DNA of 64,000 bases from Candidatus Obscuribacteraceae bacterium (lineage in GTDB: Bacteria > Cyanobacteriota > Vampirovibrionia > Obscuribacterales > Obscuribacteraceae). Under the pieces are notes generated by a model that was not told the DNA's origin, did no database searches, and saw nothing but the letters and a program-made list of their open reading frames with translations. Each line of letters begins with the position of its first letter. Position 1 is the stretch's first letter. The stretch covers positions 63,538 to 127,537 of the forward strand of contig JBGASG010000012.1 of NCBI GenBank assembly GCA_044229845.1. The letters run 5' to 3'. Shown here in pieces: positions 50,037-58,145 of this stretch. The position numbers and the translations under genes are program-made.

Positions 50037-50502
50037 GGTCTTCTCCAGTTCAGATGTTTGCGGCAGGAATGATTCCCTGCCGTTAGGCGTGACTCTGCTG
50101 CTTGTACATAACCTTCCTAGCTCGCACAACCAATCACGCGGGAACGCAGCATCTGCACGCCATTCAGCGTGTGGGAGATGCATGTGTAGCCGTGATGTGA
50201 TTGGAGATTTCTTGACGCGAGAGTGAAAGCGAGAGGTGTGCTTTAGAGATGCTTTTTTGATACCAGGATCGTCTTCAGGATCTTGTCAAAGATTGTGAAA
50301 CACGCCTTCTTTACAACTCGACATTTTTAGGCTGGTTGGTAATTTTGGGCACCGGCCAGGCTTTCAGATCCGGGGGCACAGTTGGTCGAGCTGCACCAGC
50401 TTTTTGGCACCAGATTCGCCACCACGTTGCAGCATTAAACTTGGCGATATGCATGTAGCGACGATCAGGCAGGCTGCACGAAGCGCGCCAATTTCGCCAT
50501 AC

Positions 50503-51510
50503 TCACGTGCAAGTTTTGTGACCCGAAAAGCTCTCCACGAGCTGCGCTACTTCCAAAGCACACCCCCAGGACAATGTCACTCCAGCGCCACCATGTCCAT
50601 AGTTGTGGACAACCGTCTCATCGTCAGACAGTCGCTCCGCTTCCAGTCGCACTGCCGGTCGGCACGGTCGCAGCCCACTGGCTGAACCGACTACCTCGAT
50701 GTCTGCCAGCTCGGGGCACATGCTGCGGCAATCGTTCAAAATTCGCTCCACCTCGGTGTTCTCGACACCCTCGGCGGTAAAGGCCTCTTCGAACGTTCCT
50801 CCCAAAACAACTTCTCTTTCGCGGGGCACCACCATGCGAAATCGGCTGTGGTTGCTTTCGTCGAGCAACACCGTTTGCGGCACCAGGGGTCCGTTTACTT
50901 TCACACGCACGACCTGCCCTTTGACGCCGACCAGCGTCTCGTCCGGCACCAGTTCGCGGGCTCCCAGACCCGTGCAGTTGATGTACATCGAAGCTAACTG
51001 TGGCTCGGTGTCGACGTCCGGCACCGGATGGTGCTGAAGCCCGACAATCGGCACTTCGTAAATGCTGATGCCGGACAGCTCGCACTCTTTCATGAGAAAC
51101 GGCATGTACATGCCCATATCAATGACAAATGTGTTAAACGAAACGGCATGAGTCACGCCTGCAGGCGCGGCGTCTGCAACCACCGGACCTTCGCGATATT
51201 CTTCGGTGACCGACGCAAAGCCCGGCGGCTCAAAGTCTCCCTGGTAGTAGCGCACCAATCTCCGTTTGCGAACTCCAGCTTGCGGCGCCTCCACTGCTAA
51301 TCTGGCGAACTCGCTGAATGACTGGGCTGCCCACGATTGCACTCTCTCCAGAGGCTGCGCCGCGTATGGATACCAGAAAGCCGCCGCCACGTCCGAAACG
51401 GTGTTTGGAGTGCGGTGCTTAGTGACGATGGAGACCTGATGTCCGCGACGATGCAGCACCAGTGCCGTCGTCAGGCCGATCACTCCCGCTCCGAAAACAA
51501 TGACGTACAT
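50503..51510 (-). CDS. D-amino-acid oxidase family FAD oxidoreductase
   Basis: GAGVIG, SDVAAAFWYP, INCTGLGA, KGQV, LGGT, GLRPCR, HNYGHGGAGVTLSWGCA. Confidence 0.92.
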   Translation of the reverse strand: MYVIVFGAGVIGLTTALVLHRRGHQVSIVTKHRTPNTVSDVAAAFWYPYAAQPLERVQSWAAQSFSEFARLAVEAPQAGVRKRRLVRYYQGDFEPPGFASVTEEYREGPVVADAAPAGVTHAVSFNTFVIDMGMYMPFLMKECELSGISIYEVPIVGLQHHPVPDVDTEPQLASMYINCTGLGARELVPDETLVGVKGQVVRVKVNGPLVPQTVLLDESNHSRFRMVVPREREVVLGGTFEEAFTAEGVENTEVERILNDCRSMCPELADIEVVGSASGLRPCRPAVRLEAERLSDDETVVHNYGHGGAGVTLSWGCALEVAQLVESFSGHKTCT

Positions 51511-51513
51511 GGT

Positions 51514-52503
51514 TTATCTCTCGACTTTGGCCATTTGTTCAGGCGAGTAGCGCGGACCGGAAGTCTTTTCAGCAATAGCGGAGAGCTGCTTCAACTCACT
51601 TTCAGTGAGAGAAACTTTGACAGACTGCGCGTTTTCATTGAGATACTTCAATCGTTTGGTGCCGGGAATCGGAATGATATCGTCGCCTTGAGCAAGCACC
51701 CACGCCAGCGCAATCTGTGCCGGACGCGCATTGTGATGCGCGGCAACGGACTCCACAATCGACACCAGGTCGAGGTTGCGCTGGAAGTTTTCACCCTGAT
51801 AGCGCGGGTCGATGCGCCGATAGTCGCCTTCCGGTATCTGGTCGAACGACTTGATCTCGCCGGTCAAAAACCCGCGTCCCAGCGGGCAGAACGCCACAAG
51901 TCCGATGTCCAGTTCGCGTAAGACGGGGATAATGCGCTCTTCCAGTCCGCGCTCCCAGAGCGAGTATTCAGATTGCAACGCCGAGATTTTGCGTGTTCTC
52001 TGGGCGCGCTTCAGTGTCTCCGGACCCGCCTCGGACAGACCCAGAAACCGCACCTTGCCGGCATCGACCACTTCGCCCATAGCGCCAACCACTTCTTCAA
52101 TCGGGACATTGGGATCGACGCGATGCTGATACCAGAGGTCGACATAATCAAGCCCCAGCCGGGTCAGCGATTGGTCTATGACCTTCTTCAGATGCTCCGG
52201 ACGGCTGTCCGTATCATGAGGCGGCTTGTCTGTGATGCGGAAACCAAACTTGGTCGCCACCACAACTTCGTCTCGGCGTCTGCCTTTGAGCGCCTGTCCC
52301 AACAGTTTCTCATTGGTATAAGGTCCGTAAACTTCGGCGGTGTCGAGAAAATTGACGCCCTGGTCAAGCGCCGCGTGGATAACCTTGATCGACTCTGCGT
52401 CGTCGCGCTCGCTTGCCTGTCCGTAGGACTGGCTCATTCCCATAAGACCTAGCCCGATGGCGCTTACTTCCAGCCCCTCAGAACCCAACTTCCGCTTCTG
52501 CAT
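51514..52503 (-). CDS. Aldo/keto reductase
   Basis: GLGLMGMS, DTAEVYG, ATKFG, YQHRVDP, GLSEA, QSEYSL, PIPGTK. Start set to ATG 52503. Confidence 0.93.
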   Translation of the reverse strand: MQKRKLGSEGLEVSAIGLGLMGMSQSYGQASERDDAESIKVIHAALDQGVNFLDTAEVYGPYTNEKLLGQALKGRRRDEVVVATKFGFRITDKPPHDTDSRPEHLKKVIDQSLTRLGLDYVDLWYQHRVDPNVPIEEVVGAMGEVVDAGKVRFLGLSEAGPETLKRAQRTRKISALQSEYSLWERGLEERIIPVLRELDIGLVAFCPLGRGFLTGEIKSFDQIPEGDYRRIDPRYQGENFQRNLDLVSIVESVAAHHNARPAQIALAWVLAQGDDIIPIPGTKRLKYLNENAQSVKVSLTESELKQLSAIAEKTSGPRYSPEQMAKVER

Positions 52504-52553
52504 ACAGACCCCACTGGCGACGAGTCGGCAATTATAATGCGTTCCGGCAGAAC

Positions 52554-53609
52554 TTATTCGGGTCGCTGGCGGCGTTCTTGCCTGAGCAACTCGTTTTTGC
52601 GATCGAGCCCCCAGCGATAACCGCCCATGGTGCCATCCTGACGGATCACCCGATGGCAGGGCACAGCCAGCGCGACACGATTGGATGCGCAGGCGCGGGC
52701 AACGGCGCGCACAGCCTTCGGTTGCCCGATGTCTTCGGCGACCTGGGTATAAGTGCGGGTTTCCCCAGCCGGTATCTTGCGTAGGTAACTCCATACCGTC
52801 TGCTGAAACGCCGTGCCCTTCAAGTCAACCGGTAGATCAGTGATGCGAAACTCGCCGCCCGACAGATAGTTGGACAGCCGTTCTATCCAGTCTGTGAGCT
52901 CGCCCGGATTTTCTACAATTACCGCGGCAGAAAACTCTTCTTGCAGCTTGTCCAGCAATTCTTCTTGCCGGTCGCCGAACTGCAGGAAACAGAGCCCGCG
53001 CCCCGTTGCCGCCAGCAACAGCATGCCCAGCGGCGAACGCACAAACGCGCAATTGATCACCTCGCCGGCGCCTCCGCGTTTGTAGGCTCCGGGCGTCATG
53101 CCCAGCTTGCGCGTACTGGTTTCGTACAAGCGGCTGCTGGAGCTGTAGCCGGCTTCGTAGAGAGCCTCTGTGACGGGTCGCCCGCCCTTCAGCTGTTGCT
53201 TCACAGCCTCTAACCGGCATTCTTCTGCGTACTCGCGCGGGCTCAGCCCGGTTGTCTTTTTGAATACTCGCTGCAAATGAAAGGGGCTGGCACCAACTGC
53301 GGTACCAATCATGTTGAGGGTCACCGATTGATCTAGATTCTCTTTGATGTATTGCTGGACTTTTTCGACGAGCATTTCCGAATTGTTCCTCTCAGTGTCG
53401 GGATGACAGCGCAAGCAGGCTCTGTAGCCGGCAGCGCGCGCTTCTTCCCGGGTCGCGAAAAACTGGACATTTTCGCGGTTGGGGCGGCGAGACGGGCATG
53501 AGGGGCGACAGTAGACTCTGGTGGTGCGCACGGCGAACACAAATCGTCCGTCGTGCGACTTGTCCTTGTCGCAAACTGCTTTCCACATGGATGTGTGTGT
53601 TGTTTTCAT
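52554..53609 (-). CDS. ada: Bifunctional transcriptional activator / O6-methylguanine-DNA methyltransferase
   Basis: YCRPSC..CLRC zinc site, AraC-type HTH, PCHRV active site. Confidence 0.94.
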   Translation of the reverse strand: MKTTHTSMWKAVCDKDKSHDGRFVFAVRTTRVYCRPSCPSRRPNRENVQFFATREEARAAGYRACLRCHPDTERNNSEMLVEKVQQYIKENLDQSVTLNMIGTAVGASPFHLQRVFKKTTGLSPREYAEECRLEAVKQQLKGGRPVTEALYEAGYSSSSRLYETSTRKLGMTPGAYKRGGAGEVINCAFVRSPLGMLLLAATGRGLCFLQFGDRQEELLDKLQEEFSAAVIVENPGELTDWIERLSNYLSGGEFRITDLPVDLKGTAFQQTVWSYLRKIPAGETRTYTQVAEDIGQPKAVRAVARACASNRVALAVPCHRVIRQDGTMGGYRWGLDRKNELLRQERRQRPE

Positions 53610-53682
53610 GCGCCCATCTTATCCAGCGCCGGGGTGGACAACTATCCGGATGTTGCTTTCAAATCCCGTGGGCGTCCACCAG

Positions 53683-55614
53683 TTAAGGCAGCATCTCGCC
53701 CACGTAACCGGTTTTGACACCGCCAAACACAAACGAATAGGCATCGCCGATCTTGACCTGGCGCCGAAAACGAATGTCCCCAGACAGACCGTTCTTTAAA
53801 TACGCGGGTCGGGGAGCGCCACCGCCGGGTCCCTGCGTGTAGACGGTGTAGGGCGGCGCTGGAATTGTCGAGGAAGCGAAATCGTCTTGTTTGGAGATCA
53901 AATTAGGAGCTCCCGGTCCGCCACCGCCGGTAGTTCCAAGCACTTCGCTTTGCGGCTGATTGAAGCAGATCCAGTCTTCTTCTAGAGAACCGAGGGGAGG
54001 CTGGCTGATAAGCGGATTGCCGTCCAGTCGCTCGCCGCCGTGCTTGCCACCACCTTTGGAGCCAAGGCAGCGAGACAGGTCGCGCACGTAGACATCAATC
54101 TTGTCCGTTCCTTCAACCTCGCCATCTGTCTTCAGCGCGCCTTTAAGCAGATAATGCACACTCTTGAACTTCCATGGTTGGGTCGCCTTGACGTTGCTCT
54201 TAACGCCGTCGTCCTTGGCAAACTCACCATAGAGCTGGTTTTCGCCAACAGTGGTGTAGGGATAAGGCTGAATTGTCTTGCTTACATACTTAGTCGTGCC
54301 GTTGGTATTGAACGTCAAAATGTGCATGATGCCCGTCGGCAGAGGTCCTATCAATTGCAGACCGCCGCTTTGAGGATCGATGGCTTTCCATGGAGTCGTG
54401 CTGGGTGATGGCGTATCCAGCGTCAGGCTGCTGAGCGCCAGCACAGAGTCAATGTCGACGTTCGACCCGCCGCAGCGCAACCAGTCATAAAGCGCCAGTC
54501 GGGTTACCTCAGATGCCGGGGGCTGGGTTTTAGAAAACGGAATCGGCGCACCAGGCCATGGCGTCACAAGAGCGGCTCCCTTTGGCACTTCCACAATGAA
54601 GTCGGCATTCTTCACCTGGTAAACGTCCATATCCTTGCTGGCCAGGCTTTTCCAGTTCCACGCGTCGGCGGCATTAACCACCTCCGGAATCGGTCCATCC
54701 GGAAAACTGAGGGTCAGGGCGCCGGGCGCGGGACGCGGCGGCTCGCTGCTTCCCGCACAAGCACAGGCAGCATAAGTGACTGTCCAGGTCTTTCCTTGAT
54801 CCGAAAACTGTTGGCTGGCTTCAGCCAGCACAACGCCGGGCATTTGATACGGGAGACCCGGCACAGCAGCCTTGAACTTGGTCTTATCGCACAGCCCCAC
54901 CTTTCTGCCAACGGAGCCGAACACAAAGTCTTTTCCACCGTAAGGTATGTTCACTTCCGAGAGGTAGCGGTTGTTGGACTCTTTTCCGGCGCACGCTCCC
55001 TTCGACAACGGCTTGGGCGCCGGAGTGCCAGTCTCAATGCCGCCTTCGACACCACCCAATGTGAGCCTGAGCGAACCGGTGACATACGTCGAACCCTTTG
55101 CCTGGTTCTTCAAATAAATGCGCTCCGCATCATCGTATGGTCGGAGTATATTGCCGGCTTTGTCTTTTCCTGAGCCTCCGCTTTGAATAGCATTCGTCAG
55201 TTCCGTGACCAGCGCATCCTTCACTAACAACACATCGTTGTAGTCCTGCGTCGCCAGATCAGTCATGAATGGATCCGCCAGCTCGGTGGCAATGATCAAG
55301 TCCAGTCGGGCAGTCGCCATCAACTCATTAAGGCTGGTGACGTCCTGGTAGTAGTCATCGTTTGCCTTGGTGTCTGAACCGGTCGGCGCCTCCGTCGACA
55401 GAGCGACGAAGCCAAACTGCTGCGTGTTCACCACAATGCGAGAAATGTCGTTGGCAGCCGCAAGAGCCGCTGCATCTATGGCGGTTCTGTGTTCGCTGCT
55501 CGATCGATTCATCGACATGTAGAGCAGCCCGAAAGCCAACACCACTATCAACACGATGGTTGTGGCAGCGATCAGCGCCAAGGTATTACCTTTTCCGGTT
55601 CTAGATGTCACCAC
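53683..55614 (-). CDS. Large prepilin-like/TadG-like protein, paralog 5 (shortest insert)
   Basis: KG|NTLAL + TM, EHRTAIDAAALAAA, family motifs; ggagg RBS; directly downstream of TPR paralog D. Confidence 0.75.
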   Translation of the reverse strand: MVTSRTGKGNTLALIAATTIVLIVVLAFGLLYMSMNRSSSEHRTAIDAAALAAANDISRIVVNTQQFGFVALSTEAPTGSDTKANDDYYQDVTSLNELMATARLDLIIATELADPFMTDLATQDYNDVLLVKDALVTELTNAIQSGGSGKDKAGNILRPYDDAERIYLKNQAKGSTYVTGSLRLTLGGVEGGIETGTPAPKPLSKGACAGKESNNRYLSEVNIPYGGKDFVFGSVGRKVGLCDKTKFKAAVPGLPYQMPGVVLAEASQQFSDQGKTWTVTYAACACAGSSEPPRPAPGALTLSFPDGPIPEVVNAADAWNWKSLASKDMDVYQVKNADFIVEVPKGAALVTPWPGAPIPFSKTQPPASEVTRLALYDWLRCGGSNVDIDSVLALSSLTLDTPSPSTTPWKAIDPQSGGLQLIGPLPTGIMHILTFNTNGTTKYVSKTIQPYPYTTVGENQLYGEFAKDDGVKSNVKATQPWKFKSVHYLLKGALKTDGEVEGTDKIDVYVRDLSRCLGSKGGGKHGGERLDGNPLISQPPLGSLEEDWICFNQPQSEVLGTTGGGGPGAPNLISKQDDFASSTIPAPPYTVYTQGPGGGAPRPAYLKNGLSGDIRFRRQVKIGDAYSFVFGGVKTGYVGEMLP

Positions 55615-55713
55615 CTGAAAACCTCCGAGAATAACTCTGCTTGGTTACTATCAGTGTCTATTTAAAAACGGGACTAACTCTAGTTTACTACTGTCTTGAC
55701 GTCAACTGATGAC

Positions 55714-58077
55714 TCAATGCTGGGCTGCCGGAGTTGAGTCTGACTGCCAGGTTTCGGACAACTTGAGCAGATTCTGGAACTTTTCCAGGTCCTTCGCTTG
55801 CTTGGCACGCAAGACACCGGCCTTGGACATCTCGATGGCGCTTGCCTTGTCGTTCATGCTCAGTTGTGTCTTGATGAGCAGCACTCTCGCGGCATGATAA
55901 TCCGGATTCTGGTCGAGAATTGTTCTGAGCAGATCCACGGCTTGCTTGCGCTGGTCCAGGTGGGTGAGCGCTTCCGCATACGCATATCTGTCTTGCGCCT
56001 CCAGCGGCTGAACGGTCTCAACCTGTTTCAGCTGCTTGATCGCTTCCGCCGCCCGGCCCGATGCTGCATAAGCTCTAGCCAGTAGGCGCCGGCCGGTGAT
56101 GTCTTTCTGATTAGCGGCCGCTGCTTGCTCCAACACCTGCACGGCCTTCGCGCTTTCCTCAGCATCCAACAGCCTCTGCCCATACTGCAACATCTGCTCG
56201 TACGTCAGCTTCTGCACAGGCTCATCCTTACCGATCAATCCCTCCATGTCCATTTGCACTGGCATCGACTTGATCTTTTCCTTGACCATTGCCAGTTGTT
56301 CTTTGCTCTCCGGTGGTGCTTTCGGGTCTTTCACTACCTCTTCCAGGTCAGCTGCCGCCCGCGAGTATTTTTTCAAGGCGAGGTTGGCTTTACCACGCGC
56401 AAAATAAGTCTCTGTGGACGGCTTGAAACCAACCGCCTTGTCGAAGTCCTCGGCTGCCTTGTCCATTTGCCCAAGCTTTTCGTATGAGCGACCGCGCAAC
56501 ATGAACAAATCCGCATTGGTGGCGTCAGCGAAGATGGCTGCCTTAGCGTCTTCTGCCGCCGCTTTGTAATCGCCCAGATCAAATTCGACTCTAGCCAGGT
56601 CGGCATAACTCTTGCCGTCCTTTTCGTCAATTTTGACTGCCTGCTTCAGATCGTTTTTTGCTTCCGCAAGCTTTCCGGCCTTAAACAGCGCCTCACCGCG
56701 CGTAGCATAGACAGCACCCAGCCCATCCACCGGTTTTAAATCTATGATACTGGTGGCGGTGACAATCGCCCGATCGTATTCACCAAGACCCAGTTGCGCT
56801 TGCGCCTGCGCCACCATAGATGGTGCGTGCCTGGGCTCGACAGCCAGAGCGGCCTGCGCCGCATCCATGGCATGCGCATAGTCTTTCATGCCAAGGAACG
56901 TCGCAGCCCGTCCATACAATGCGTCCAGATTCTTGGGCTGGAACACCAATACCTGGTTGTAATCAACTAGAGCTGCCGTGTAATCTTTGGCGCGCGTACT
57001 AGCCAAAGCCCGCCCCAACAAAGCATCTACGTTACCTGGCGAAAGCTGCAATACTTTGTCGAAGTGTTTCTTGGCGATATCGCTATAGCCATCGTGCACG
57101 GCTTGCATACCGGCTTTGTACTGGCTGTCCGAATTGTTTTCCTGCAAGTACTTAGCCGTGGTCGACACCGCCACTGCCATAATCCCCAGCCCCACTAACA
57201 CGCTAACTGAAATCCCGGCGGTCTTAACCACCTTCTTCCTGGTTTCAGCGGCACGCTCGGCGGCTTCTTCATCTACGCTGTGCGAACGGTCCGGTGCCTC
57301 GACTGTCGGAATCGGAATTTGTTTGATGGCGGAGATGTGCAGCGCCGTCTTAGCATCCGGGTCATACACGGCATCAAGCCATGCTCCAGGCACCACGTTC
57401 ATCTTCTCGAGGTCTTCTCGGCGCTTCTCTTCGTAGTTGGCGAGCGCCGCCTGCAAACCGAAGGGATCGGCTCCCGGAAGGTCCGGTGCCGCCGGCTGCG
57501 CCATTGCCCCGTTCGCCGCGGGCGCCGGATTTTGTCCGGGTGGGGCCGGACGCGTTGCCTCCGGGCTCGGTCCGGCGGCTCTAGTCAGGTCGCCAAAGCC
57601 CGGACTGTCTGGTCTGCCAAACATCTGCCTGCTGTCAGCTCCCGCACTGAAACCTGGACCCATGGCGGCGTTATTGGCGATCGCTGTGAGAGCATCAACG
57701 AGCGAAGGCTGTTGATTAATGCCGCCGGTATGCCAGCTGAGGAGCGCGCCCAGATCTACGTTGAGATTTTCAGGAATCGGCACAGGCGGCAGATCTGTTG
57801 AGAAACGATACTTTCCTGCACCGGCAGACAGAACATGAGCCAGCGCCGCCATGTCCGTCAGCCTGTGCTCCGGAGAGCTGGCAGCCTTAATCACGCCGCC
57901 CCGAATGAAGAGAGCACCCGAATGCGGTCCCGCAACCTGAAGGATGCCGGCCGGTGCCGTTAACTGGACGATTTTCAAAAGCCCGCCGCGCAATCCTGAC
58001 GGTCCGATCTCACCGACCAGCAACGTGCCTGTGCCGAGGGATTTCTGCTGGCCTTCTCCACCGTGACCTGACGTCAT
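55714..58077 (-). CDS. DUF4388/PATAN-like - TM - TPR protein, paralog D
   Basis: LVGEIGPSGLR..AGKYRF, DPFGLQAAL, TM ISVSVLVGLGIMAVAV, colinear TPR array. Confidence 0.85.
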   Translation of the reverse strand: MTSGHGGEGQQKSLGTGTLLVGEIGPSGLRGGLLKIVQLTAPAGILQVAGPHSGALFIRGGVIKAASSPEHRLTDMAALAHVLSAGAGKYRFSTDLPPVPIPENLNVDLGALLSWHTGGINQQPSLVDALTAIANNAAMGPGFSAGADSRQMFGRPDSPGFGDLTRAAGPSPEATRPAPPGQNPAPAANGAMAQPAAPDLPGADPFGLQAALANYEEKRREDLEKMNVVPGAWLDAVYDPDAKTALHISAIKQIPIPTVEAPDRSHSVDEEAAERAAETRKKVVKTAGISVSVLVGLGIMAVAVSTTAKYLQENNSDSQYKAGMQAVHDGYSDIAKKHFDKVLQLSPGNVDALLGRALASTRAKDYTAALVDYNQVLVFQPKNLDALYGRAATFLGMKDYAHAMDAAQAALAVEPRHAPSMVAQAQAQLGLGEYDRAIVTATSIIDLKPVDGLGAVYATRGEALFKAGKLAEAKNDLKQAVKIDEKDGKSYADLARVEFDLGDYKAAAEDAKAAIFADATNADLFMLRGRSYEKLGQMDKAAEDFDKAVGFKPSTETYFARGKANLALKKYSRAAADLEEVVKDPKAPPESKEQLAMVKEKIKSMPVQMDMEGLIGKDEPVQKLTYEQMLQYGQRLLDAEESAKAVQVLEQAAAANQKDITGRRLLARAYAASGRAAEAIKQLKQVETVQPLEAQDRYAYAEALTHLDQRKQAVDLLRTILDQNPDYHAARVLLIKTQLSMNDKASAIEMSKAGVLRAKQAKDLEKFQNLLKLSETWQSDSTPAAQH

Positions 58078-58145
58078 AATTGCACTTTCTCAACACCACG
58101 CGTCGGGACTCCGAGATTCATATCTCAGTTTACCTGGCCCGAGCA

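Noticed and set aside
11520..55614. Diversity-generating retroelement or shufflon acting on the pilin-like paralogs
   Set aside because: No reverse transcriptase, no near-identical TR/VR pair with adenine-specific differences, and no repeated crossover sites seen inside the genes. All five are full-length and diverged throughout.
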